Made by a program: the position numbers and the translations under genes. From NCBI GenBank assembly GCA_964106915.2, contig OZ066918.1: 64,000 nt of DNA. One strand, given 5' to 3'. Source of the DNA: Podarcis gaigeae (lineage: Eukaryota). Numbering within the stretch: the stretch's first letter is position 1; each line of letters starts with the position of its first letter. The notes under the pieces were generated by a model, which was not told the origin of the DNA, ran no database searches, and saw nothing but the letters and a program-made list of their open reading frames with translations. Below are positions 37,849 through 49,974 of the stretch, piece by piece.

Positions 37849-37849
37849 A
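37791..37849. repeat. (GAAA)n microsatellite, about 14-15 units
   Basis: Direct reading. Confidence 0.97.
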
Positions 37850-37899
37850 CTAGACTTCAAAAGAAATCAGAAGTGATTGAATAATATACCATGTCATTT

Positions 37900-38390
37900 T
37901 GTTTATTTATTAAATGTATATACTGCCAACAAATCATATCTCTCTGGATAGTTCACAAACCCATTAAAAGTACAACAAACTAAATTCAAGCCATAAAAAC
38001 AGCAAAACTATTTATAAATAATGTAAACATAGGGGGGACCCAACACATCTAAAACCCAACAAATGCATAGCATCTAGGAACAATTTTATATCAGAAAAAA
38101 CAACAACAACCAGAAGCAGAATAACATGGTACAGCTATCTAAAAGCACCAGATAACTATACCCATTAAAAGGCCTTGGAGAAGAAAATAAAGGTTTTAAT
38201 TTGTCTATAAAAGACCACAGCGTGGGTGCCAGGCTAACCTCTTTGGGGAAAGCATTCCCATGAGCATGGCGCCACCACCAAAAAAGCCCTCTCCCTAGTA
38301 ACAACCCAATTCACTAGGTAGGGGGACCTGGTGAAGGGCCTCCAATGAGGAGCTCAATGAATGAATGGGCAGGTATATATGGGAGAAGGT
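37900..38390 (-). mobile_element. L2-like LINE 3' fragment
   Basis: tttatttattaaat tail and ggtgccagg..aacctct.tggggaaagcattcc...gccaccac.aaaaagccctctccct, typical of antisense squamate L2. Confidence 0.6.
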
Positions 38391-38575
38391 AAGTTATAAC
38401 AAGTTGACAAATTGCAACTGGTCCTTATTCTGAAAAGCAACTTGTACGGTTGGACAACTATAATGGAGGCTGATTCTTCTATAATTCTTTTTTTAATGTA
38501 AATATCCAATCAGTATACACTTAGGATAACAACAAATGAATCAGAGCCATAGCTGCTATTTAGGAGAATTCTTAC

Positions 38576-38690
38576 CTGACTGACCAGGTGGTGGGACTCC
38601 TGATGAACCTCTTGGCAGGCATAAAAACACCGTAAGTACTGCTGCTTTGTTTCCTGAGCAAGGCTCAATGGCAATTGGCTTTGGAGAACC
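38576..38690 (-). CDS. ATRNL1: Attractin-like 1, penultimate coding exon (cytoplasmic tail), 115 bp, phase 0 to phase 1
   Basis: Minus strand reads ...tttcttctccattttcag|GGTTCTCCAAAG...GGTCAGTCAG|gtaag and translates to GSPKPIAIEPCSGNKAAVLTVFLCLPRGSSGVPPPGQS(G). This matches the remembered ATRNL1 tail (PKPIAIEPC..N.AAVLTVFLCLPRGSSG.PPPGQSG) better than ATRN (PIALEPCF..VLSVFVRLPRGLGG). Splice sites are canonical. Confidence 0.95.
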
Positions 38691-39075
38691 CTGAAAATGG
38701 AGAAGAAATTGTATTACGTGATCTAGGTTATTTTATACTGCTGCATATTGGATTCTTCACACAAAACATTTACAACTATCCACAATAAAATAGGAGCCTC
38801 AGTGTTTCCCTGTGAATAATCCTCATTGATTGTTGTTTTAAATGAACCTTTCATTTCATTGACTTAAATACAAGTTTTCATGAATAACTTGCATTATTCA
38901 ATTAAAGTGGCAAAAGAAAGAAAGAAATGACCTAAAAGATAATGTTTTTCATTTCAGCAAATTTAGTAACATCTGTTAATTACTGAAACATTCAGATCAG
39001 CAATATGTTTTAGCACTACAGTTTCTCATAGGATTAGTATCACTCAACAACTAATACAGAAAGCACAGTGGGAAG

Positions 39076-39119
39076 AATACTGTGTTACATTTTCAAAAAT
39101 ACTGTGTTACGTTTTCAAA
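39076..39119. repeat. 22-bp tandem duplication
   Basis: aatactgtgttac(a/g)ttttcaaa twice. Confidence 0.9.
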
Positions 39120-39312
39120 AACAGCTGTGCTTGCAGTAGTTCCCCCACTCCCACCACACACAGAGAGAGAGAAGGAAAAAGGAAATATATTGCTAAAGAT
39201 AAAAGGTGAAGATTTCTCCCCTCGCATTTTAAATTAAATCAAATATACATGAAGAACATATTTCTGTTAAAATCAAAATGATAACAAATTGGACTGATCT
39301 AATGTGGCATAT

Positions 39313-39713
39313 GGGACGCGGGTGGCGCTGTGGGTTAAACCACAGAACCTAGGACTTGCCGATCAGAAGGTCAGCGGTTCAAATCCCCGCGATGGGGTGA
39401 GCTCCCATTGTTCAGTCCCTGCTCCTACCAACCTAGCAGTTCGAAAGCACATCAAAGTGCAAGTAGATAAATAGGTACCGCTCCTTTCTGGTCATTGACC
39501 GTATTAAAGATATTTGATTTGATAGGTACCGCTCCAGCGGGAAGGTAAACGGCGTTTCTGTGCGCTGCTCTGGTTCGCCAGAAGCGGCTTAGTAATGCTG
39601 GCCACATGACCCGGAAGCTGTATGCCGGCTCCCTTGGCCAATAAAGTGAGATGAGCGCCGCAACCCCAGAGTTGGCTATGACTGGACCTAATGGTCAGGG
39701 GTCCCTTTACCTT
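39313..39713 (+). mobile_element. Sauria SINE (Squam1), full length, interrupted by a 37-nt insertion
   Basis: Head gggacgcgggtggcgctgtgggttaaacc and tail ccctttaccttt. TSD taatgtgg(c/t)ata at 39300-39311 and 39714-39725. Confidence 0.93.
39485..39521 (+). mobile_element. Extremely 5'-truncated retroposed 3' end (LINE-type) inside a Sauria SINE
   Basis: tttctggtcattgaccgtattaaagatatttgatttg is flanked by an exact 14-bp duplication ataggtaccgctcc (39471-39484, 39522-39535). Confidence 0.7.
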
Positions 39714-42559
39714 TAATGTGGTATACAATATATATTATCCTCCAGTAGGTAACCAGAAACATGCTGCTGCATTGTCAAAGAACACAGAAAGGGAGGGTGT
39801 TCTGAACCCAGATGGCCTGTGCGAATGGTTTGATGCAGGGATACCAAATAAACACCAGAATGGCCAGTTCTAGTGCTTTCTTACAGGGAGATGTAAACTT
39901 GCAACACAGCCTCTGAAGGTCCACTGCCATTGCAGATATGGTTCAGACATTGCGGCAGTGAGAGGCCATGATGACTTGTCCGCAAAACACTAATATGTTA
40001 AGCATAACTTATACAAAAGACAGCATACGTCCATAGGGCCAGAATCTCTCATCAACCCACCTGACCTATGAGGGCATAGGTGGCAACTATCAATTCCAAG
40101 ACTCCCTTTCTAGGCCAAGAGGCCACCATCCCAGGGCCCACAAGTAAACACAGCATCAAAGCAAGGCAGTTAGCATATATCAAAGCAAGGGCATTTATAA
40201 GCATCCATGAGCTCATCCTTGCAACAACTGCCAACTAGTCCCAAGGTTATCTTGACTACCAATATAGTGTTTGCAGGCCTTCTGGAACAGTCTTGCCTTT
40301 GGTTCAACACAGAGAGGGAAAGCAAAGCTTTGCAACAGGGGACAGGTAGCAACCTGTCTTTGAAGCAAAGCTAAAAGAGGCAATGCAGAACATAGGGAAG
40401 AATAAGATCTAATAATTAAGAAGCTGTCTTATTCTCAGCCAGACCATTGGTCTATCTATAGCTGTGTCCACTCTAGAGGTGTAATATGTGCTTGGGTCAC
40501 TGTGTGTGGGTTTGTGCTGCTTTATCCCTGTTTTCCCTCAGCAACCTGTACAACTGTCTACCCCATTCAGAAGCATTCCCCAAACTTCAAAAAGGGGTTT
40601 TTAAGGAGATTTGAAAGCAGATGGGGGCAGGAAAGTCACTGTTAGTCAGACCAGTTCTTCCCTGGCCAGAGATCACAGGAGGTTGGGTAAAGGGATTCCA
40701 ATTCTATTCCATTTCTAATGTCATCAAAAGTATGATTAGGTCCAAACTGGGCCCAGAATTAACCAAGCTATTCTGCAATTTTATTTAATTTTAATTGAAG
40801 AGACTTCAATTCTGAACTGAACATGTCCAAGTGTGCCTTCCACTCTGAACTGCAGTTGCTACTCTGGCAGACAGAACTCACCTTGGAATAGTTTAGTGCT
40901 TTTTTATCTTAAAATAATATCTGCATGTGGAATTTCAGTTCTGGCTACACTTGTGTGACCATTATTTGGGGTGAAATCCAGTTCTGTTCGCATCAGAGGC
41001 GAGGGACACAAAGAGTTCTCCTCCACAAAAGACTTATCCCTATTCATTTTATTGAAGTAAATATATATGCACATTTCCTTGTGCACACAGATCTATTCCC
41101 TTTCTTGGACTTTATGGGGCATCTCATGGATCTTTCACTTGGAATGAATACAGATACATAACTATTTTCTTTTTAAGAGGACTCCCTGGCATTCATATAT
41201 GAGCACATCAATATAAGTCACAGCAACACAAAATTTCTTGAGTGTCTAAGAATCAAGAAGTAGCAAATACACAGTACAGAATGCAAATCCACAAAATTCT
41301 TAGCACTTGAAAATGATTTATAATTAGTCATGTTTCCATATTTTGCATTTGATAAATCATATGAATTTCTCATTTCAGAGCTTACATGTTTAATTATGTA
41401 TTGAAGATATTTCTAAAACCTTTGCGGTCAAAAACAGTCATTTTACCCTCTTATGTGTAAATATTTAGAAAGCAATGCTGTCATGTTCTTAAGACAAAAA
41501 AGAAAAATATCCGAGGGGAAGCTCTGTCAATGGGTTTTGATTTGCAGTTCAAAGCCATTAAACTTTTCCATTTACATGCAAAATACAAAACTACATGTAA
41601 ATGTCAACTGATTTAAGGATATAAAAACAAGTGACAGTTTAGCAATGTTAAATATGCTGACATGCAATTCTGCAGTAAGAGAAGAAAATAGTATTATTTT
41701 CCACTGCATAAACAATTAACCATTTCTATTTAATTAACAGAAAGTAACCTTTATTACTCTAGAACCGGGATACATTTAGTGAGCAAACATGCAGAAAAAC
41801 TGAGATGAGATATATTATACTTATCAACATTTCCCTGCACAAGTCTGCTTGTGAGTAAACTCCCCAGAATTTATTTTAATGTAGAGGTCAGAACTTAAAG
41901 GTGTTTATAGCAATTTGTGCTAGAATTTCTTGTGATAAAGTTAAGGAGCAGAAAAAGGAGCAGCAAACGAGAAATTGTGGCAAACATATATACTGGCCAT
42001 CAGAAATCATACCGTTGCTAAAACTGCATGCATTGGAACTTCCAGCCCGGCCAACCTACCTGGCCAGCTGATTTAAAGATTCTATAGCCAGTGGTATAGC
42101 TGATTACATACCTAGTCGTACAGAACCCTCACAACATGAAAATAAATTTGGGCACTGCAGACATTTGTATGAATCAGTCACGCCTTGTTTAGGAATCAAA
42201 TTTTACCATTCAGCTATCCTAATATTTCCTCTACCTCAGCTTGGAGCAGCTTTGGGGAGGGGTATTATTTAAATCAGCGCTGCGTGGTTGAGATGTTGCC
42301 TTAATCCATTTAGTCTCTGTTGATTCCCGGATACAATTTACCCACTACCACCTGCTTACTGGCTGCGGAGGAAACTTACAAGTCCCTGTTTTGTAAAATA
42401 CCAAAATTAAAAGACTTTATGAGATCTGATTATAGCTCTCATATGGCAGGATAGTTTGGCCCTTATGATTATGGATCAGGAGCCACTGGTTTCCATTTTT
42501 GGCATATCCCCCGCCCGTAAGACAAAAGTGGATTGGTGTGATGCTGTTGTGTCAGTGTT

Positions 42560-42712
42560 CCGTTGCGCCAGAAGCAGCTTAGTCATGCTGGCCACATGAC
42601 CTGGAAAAACTGCCTGCAGAGCAGACAAACGCCGGCTCCCTCGGCCTGTAAAGCAAGATGAGCGCTGCAACCCCAGAGTTGTTCGCGACTGGACTTAACT
42701 GTCAGGGGTCAT
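42560..42712 (+). mobile_element. Sauria SINE 3' fragment
   Basis: gcttagtcatgctggccacatgacc...gcgctgcaaccccagagt...ggacttaactgtcaggggtc matches the 3' half of the full copies in this window. Confidence 0.85.
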
Positions 42713-44100
42713 TTAAAAATGGCTATATAGATATGTGAGAGACAGCTCTTGATTTTTGAAATTCACATCAATAAAATATTTTCAACTGCTAAAACTTACA
42801 GAATCTTAAGAGACTTTTGCTATTTTAATTTTGTGTCAATAAAATTCAGATAACATATCCTGAATCAAATGGTATTACCATTAACAATTTTCAACTGAAC
42901 TTCATCAGAATCAAGTACATCTAGCATTTTCTGGTTTTGCCTGAGAAAATGTTTTATAGCACGTTAAGGCTGGGAAAGGAGAAGTGCAATCTTAGTGTAT
43001 ATCATTTCAGGTTTGTAGGAAGAGACCCAGGCAGCATAGAGCAAATGATAATAATTCAGATACCCTTAGGTTTGTCAGTTGTTTAAAGATAAATACATAA
43101 CCATAAATCAAAGCTATTTCAGTGGGACAAGACACATTCTTTGAAATGTACAGTTTATCATACACTTTCCACAGCTTTTGGGGGGAGAGATAAGGCACAT
43201 GCTTGTTTACCCAAAGCACTTAAGAACTGTGATTTATTTGCTGGAATTGTCACATTTTGGATAGTAAGAAGAAGTAACTGTTAATGGTGTGCCAAAAAAG
43301 AAAAGGGGGGGGGGAGCCGAAGACAGTGAGACAGTTAATAAACCATTTGGAGTGGATAATATATGGAGGAAACAGATGTCTTCTTAAAAATAAACTGGGT
43401 GTGGGTGGGTGTCCTCCCTGTTTTCCTTTGTTGGCCTGAATGAATAAAGCTTATAAAAAGTTGGGGGTGGGGGGAGATAGATACATAAGATACAGTCCAG
43501 TAAAGGTTAAGCATACCTGAGTGCCACTGATTTCAGTAAGTGACAGTTAAGCATATATCTAATTTTCTTGCACTGTCAATTATTTCTTAAATCATGGTGT
43601 CTGTGGCATTATGAAGATGAAAACATTTTCCATCCTTTAAAACTTATATAAGCCACAGCAAACAATTTATGAACCCAACAGTTATCCTAATTTGTATTTG
43701 ATTTGAGTTTTCGTTGTTGGTTTTAATATTGTATTTAATCTTATTTAATTTTTGTGTATTAGGGGTATCTGCAGTTTGCCAAATATTTATATGCTGTATT
43801 TAAATCAAAATAACAACAGTCCCTAACCACTGGCCATGCCAGCTGGGGCTGGAATGAGTTTTAGCCCAGAAACATCTGGAGGATCACAGTTTCCCCACTT
43901 TTGCCCTGGGGTTTGCAACCAGTCAGATTCCTAGGCGGGGGAAAGTGATACATGTTTTCTGCATGGTAACGCCTGGCAGAGACTTGCTCTGCTTGCAATC
44001 ACCTTCTTGGAACTTAGTCCACGAGCAAAACCTTCTGGCTACAACATCAAACCATTTTTTTTTCTACTTTTGTTTGTTTGTGTCCCCCCACAATTCACCC

Positions 44101-44180
44101 CACACACCTGATGATGAGTGCGGGAAAACTCAAAAGCTTGTCACATTTTTCTTGACTTTTCATTGGTCCTAAGTATTACT
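44101..44180 (+). mobile_element. Degenerate Penelope-like pLTR fragment with decayed hammerhead core
   Basis: cCTGATGA-tgagt-gcgggaaa-actc-AAAAGCTTg...ttggtcctaa.gtattac resembles the reptile PLE terminus. The expected GAAA reads AAAA. Confidence 0.5.
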
Positions 44181-47100
44181 AGAATGTGGACTTTAATAAT
44201 ATAAGATCATTTTTATTGAGTTCAAAAAAATTGTCCTGATCCAGCTAGGGGCAACATGCATGCCTCTCTAGGAGGAAAAGGAAGCATATGCTGAGATGGA
44301 TGGTGTACTGTTCCTAGCAATGTAGAAACTTAGGTTGTGCTTGCATAGCTCTGCTCAAAAAAATCAGTGATAGCGATCAGTTCTTTTGGGTAAGGCTAGG
44401 TTTCATTTAGACAAATGAATTTCTGCTCCTTTTTTTGCAGCAGTATGCAACTAGATTCCGGTAAAGATGAAAAAGGATTAATAAAATCCTTTAAAAATAT
44501 TCACTATCATCACAAAGTGAAATGAGCTAAATGTGTGAAATGTTCTCTACTCATTTATATTCCAAGAAAAAGAACACCCATTTTATTTAAGTACTTGGTC
44601 ATCTATTTTCTGGGCAGTCATTTGAAAGCTAGGTGCATCTAATTTTTAAAAGTGCATTATTATGCCATAAAGACAAATAGATCACGAAAGACTAAATGGC
44701 TGCCATCTCTTGCCAAAAAAGCAATTAGAAAATTGGATAAAGGAATTAATGTGGGTATGTTACACCTGTCAGCAGTAATAAGTATTTTGACATGAGCAGA
44801 ATAAAATTTGACACAGTGCACAAATACAGATCTGATCCACAAAGTACTTAGAATGCAAACAACTACGCATTAATCACTTCCGTGTCGCCAGACGAAAACA
44901 TCAGAAAGCTATTCTTATCACAATTTGTCTATAAATAAAAGTGAGTCCCTGAGCAGCCTGAATAAATTACCGGTACCCCTTTGCAGATAATGATAATTTA
45001 CACTAATGTAAAAATTAATTCTTAATCACATTATTAACACTGTATTTATCTGGTGAACACCAACTAGAGTAAACATGATTGCTTTGTACGTAAGCAATCA
45101 AGTGAGTTGATTTGATGCAATTAACATGGGCAAACTCAAATCCTCACAGCTACGTTCTATGGTTTGTGGCAACTCTAAGAGGTCTGTTCCCCACCCCCCG
45201 CCACCGCCGCCAAAAGAATCAAACTTCATAGGAAAAGAGTGAACAGGAAAATAAGTGGTCCTAATACCTGCAATGCAAGAAATATTAACTGTGCAATTCT
45301 ATTTTTCTTCTGCTGGTTTACCTGGCTTTTGCTCCCACTATAACATGGGAACAATGATGACACTACACTGGAGAGCTGTTGGAATGCTTCATCGAAGAAA
45401 TTTAAAGCTCTTTTTGGAAGTTCAGGATCCTTCCAAGAGTTCGCCAAACCTGGGCTTGGAATCCTACCATACTGTGCTGTGTTTTCAAATTTCCAAGCAA
45501 GGATAAACAAAAGACTATTGATTTCTCATTGTTACTGTCTGTTAAGCAGTTTGGGGGAGCTGCAAGATAGCTAGACAACTGCAGCCCCCCCCCCCCAGTG
45601 TCCACCTTTCAGGGCTCTTTACAATTGGAATTCCTGCCCAAAATTATTAGCTTTACAGTAATTGTTAACTATTCAATACCATTTTTGTGGGCTAAATTAT
45701 TTTACTGAAAGAAAAAAATACTCAATGAATAATTTAAGCATTAATGAAATTATTACACAAATGCTTTGACTGGAGGAAAATCTATGGTTCAGGGGGAATA
45801 TTCTTCAGAAAATATTGCAATTGCACATTTGTTCATAAACTGGATAAGGGATCTCTATTGGCTATCAGATTTATTTATTTTCACTTTGCTTTCTCACTAA
45901 ATGTTCTTGCCTTTAAAGCCATTCCTAGTACACTAGAACATTTTATTTTCAGCTTACTCTCAAGAATGAACTTGAACATTGTCGATGTTTTTGCATTTCT
46001 TTACTGCAATGTTTACCAGCTGAGACTCTCTCAGTGATTTACAACTTTAATTAATTAAACTCCAACCCCCCTATGTGGTAGGTTAGCATTATTATCTATT
46101 CAGAAACAGTGATCTACTGAGAGGCCTCTCTCCCTCGGCTTCTTAAAATTCTGCCACCAAAGTGAAGGGAGAATTGAGCTAATTTCCCTTTCTCTGGCCA
46201 ATTTCCCTTTTGCCACAGCTAACTCACTCTTGTCAAAGGCATATTTATCCTCAGGGTTCATACAATTATATCAAATAAGTACATTATGTTCTATTTCCAA
46301 AATTCACTGAAACATTAGGGAAAACAACAACACAGAACCAGTGATAAAGGTAGTCTGGACATTTCCCTCTACAAACTCCACTGCAGATACTAACCATAGA
46401 AATATGACTTCTAATTGCTTACACAGGTCTCACTCCAGCAAGGTTATAAAAGTCATACTCTAGCACAAATAGATGGAATTTCCAGCTATCCAATTTATGA
46501 CAAAGAAAATGAATATGATCGTTCAGCAGGCAACACAGATCTTGATCCCAAAGCTGTTGATCAAGAACAGCAGCTTTTTAAATCACTTTACTTTGAGGCC
46601 ATAGTTGCAGATATTACCGTAATTTGTTCCCAGTGCATTAGGAGATCTGGTCCTAAGAAATAGGGAAGAGGAGACTGCCGGAAGGGAGAGCTAGGGATTT
46701 AGGGAGGACATTGGTTGTGGAAAGAAAGAGTGGAAAAGGGAGACTACATGAATAATGGGAATGGGCAAAGGAGAGAGGAGTCTGAATGTATGATTGCAAT
46801 CAAATGTACCTGATGCTGAGGTGCATGCCTCGCAAGTACTAAGATCAACAAATACACACATATACCTATTAAAAAATGGAGAACAAAGTGAATCACTCTC
46901 CTTAAAAAAAATCAGTAAAGGACTATAAAATGCAAACTTGGCAATATGTTTTGGCAAGAGAAAAATTCAGCAGTGTAACAAATTACTCTGTGCTATAAAT
47001 ACTATACTCTTTGCAGGCAACTGAATGTTGGAAAAACATGTGCAAAAGTGATGGAGGCATAAATGAGATTTCATTTCTCCTGCTCTTCAACCATCCACAG

Positions 47101-49974
47101 GCAGACCCAAAGTTGATGTCTTATCCTTTATAACATTTTGTTCCTAAGAGTATCATTAGTATTGAGAGACCTTACTCTTTATCCATAGTGGATTATAAGA
47201 AAAATACATTTGGGTATTATAGAAAAGCTATTACTATTCAACCGTAGTTGAGAGAAAGGAAATCAATGAGACATTTCTCTCATACAGAGGAGCAAAAGGT
47301 TGCCAATGTTATAGTAAAATTCCCATTATCTCTGAAGCCTAACTGCACAATGGTACCTCCTTGAAGAGAACCATGCAACTTCATCCTATCATATTACGTA
47401 CGGGTAGAGCTCATCTTATGCTGACTTTACATACACAATCACTGCTTTATGAAGATTGCAGATTGCACCTCCCGAAGTGCTTTCTGAGATCTCATGGAAG
47501 CTCTTGCATGACCTACCGAGAGTCCAGTAAGCAAGGTGGGGTACTTAAAAAGCTCTCTGCATTGGATTGGGCAGGAGAAAGGCCCTCTCAGCACCAGCTT
47601 TGGACAGGTAGGGATGGTCACATAGGAACTTCAGAGAAACCATGCCCATACAAAATGACCTGCATTTCAGTCTCTCCCTATGGTTTTATGCCTGCCACAC
47701 TGACAAATGTGGCAACAGGAAATATTGTACTAATTTGTTAAATAATGTGGCTTTATTTCCTATCTGATCCCTATTCTCTTTTCACTTCACTTTTTGAGAC
47801 CTGTGCTGCACATTGTATGCTGTTGTTATGTAAATCAGCTGAGTCCTATGCTCAAGCTAAGATGGCTGCCATTAGACCAAGAAGATGGTTGGTATCAGGG
47901 TTATCAAATAAATCAGTGTAATAACTACAAATATTCTGCTTTCTGACACAATCTAAGCTTGGACAATTACCCAATTATATCTTCCCCCATCCTCCAAACA
48001 ACCCAACCACTTACCTAACCATTGTTCATTACAAGTAGAGGATAAATAGCAGGATCATGGCAGGCAAAGTTATTCTTTCATAGGAGTTCCACCTTACTTC
48101 AGTAGCAACCTACCTTCTCATTCTCTCTCTGTCTCTATCTCTGGACTTTGGATAAAGCCTAGATCTGTGTTCCCTCATTGTTTGATGGAACATACAGGAC
48201 AAAATCTGCTTGGCTATAGCATTGTATCCTGAATTCACACATCCAGGAGGCCTCTTTGGTCTTGTTGCAATCTGAATACTTTCTTGTTCCAGAAGACATT
48301 TTGGTTGGGTGTTCTCAGAACTAACCTGAAACTTGATGCTATCATTTGACCCTTTTTAACTCTTTCAACTGAGTGTCTAGCTGAAATTCTGCCACTATTT
48401 TAGTTATTTCTTGAGCTTATTTTTATTGTGGTAAAAATGTTGTAGTGCGGAACAGGGGTGCCATCTCGCCCTCAGGATTGTGGGTGCCCACCACCGCAAC
48501 ATGTACATGCGATGTCACACACAATGCCTACATATAGTGTGTGTTCCAGCAAACCAGGTATGCCCCTTTCCCAGATATATTCAATTAGCCTTCCCTGTTG
48601 TTGTTCCATTCCTTACTGTTCCACAGACGTTCAGCATTTTTGGGCCATTGAACACAGTCCATATTTTGCGCCTTTTTAGTGACAAGGTGTGGGGTAAAGT
48701 GCCCCATTAGATTTCCTCACCTAAATATCCTGCAAACCTTGGGGTTCTGTAGAGCATGCTGATACCCCCTCTTGTTTCTCAGTGACTGCTTTGCTTACAT
48801 TCTCACCAGCTGAGTTGGCTTTTAAAGGGGGTGATTTTTTTAAATCTGTATTTTACTTTTACCTTTGCTACCTGCCTTAATTTCCTAGCAAATCAGAAAA
48901 GCTTTTAAACAAATAAAGATAAGGACAAGATAAGAAATGGCCTTTGGTATAAGAATAGTGTTTACATTCTTTTTTACAAATTCAATCCTTTGAGGGTTCC
49001 TTAATCTGCTGTACCTCGTCCAATGAAGTGCTGAACAAGCATGAGATGTTCATAGTTATATATCACATTACGAAATTGTTTTGCAATTCATCTTATTAAT
49101 GAATACTCCTGTAGATACTATAGGTGATAGCCAATTTGCACCTATCTTTTTCCCTTTAAAAATAAGATTCAGCTAGTTCTCTAATTAAGCAGCTGTAAAC
49201 AGAATGGTTGCATAATATGGTTTCACCAGTGGCTTACTAATGGCAATATGTTGTTGTACTGTACTTCTGGGGATATACCACTTTCACTGCAATGCAGAAA
49301 TTACTCTGAGAATGAAAGAATCCCACAGTCAAAATAGGAATTAATATCCTTTTTAATTAATTCAAAGGCATTTTTGTTAAGGAAGAACATCATGGTTCTA
49401 AAACATTTTGGCACTTCCTGATTCTAAGCACTTAACACAGACTGTGATGCATTCCATAACTATTATAAGTGATGATAGTAATGCATTTCAATAATGGAAA
49501 GTAATAAAATATGCTAGAAATGTTCCTTTTTCAAGGGAAACATACCTTAATTTTATTATGGTTTGTTGTAGGCAGTCATTTTAGAACTTGGTCAAAGGAG
49601 TCTCAAATAAAAGAATGCCCTTTTTATTAGATAAAAGAGCCTTGTTGTATGTTGTATTTCTTCAAGAACAGTGGAACAATACAAGTACAGTCCATGGCTT
49701 TCTATAAGTACTGCCAGCATTCCATGGATGATCTAAAATTGTAGAATGTATGTAAGAGACTTGTACCACTACTCCAGATGTATGGCCAGAAAATGGGGTC
49801 CGCTCTCTAAGAAATCTCATTCTCCTCTCCCTTTTTAAACTTTGGCCAAGTTCTTCCACTCTCTACCTTACCCCTGACTTAAATCTCTCTACCAGTCTTG
49901 TACCCAGCAGCTCTCTCAGCCAAATCCTGAAAGTGAAGCAGCACTACTGAAGGGAACTCTTACCCGTGGTTCCC

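Larger units (their letters stand above)
1..38575 (-). other. ATRNL1: ATRNL1 last intron (partial; terminal exon lies beyond position 1)
   Basis: Donor gtaag follows the exon. No sequence encoding the expected final exon (LAIASALIDISQQK...GTCV) was found in the window by eye. Confidence 0.7.
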
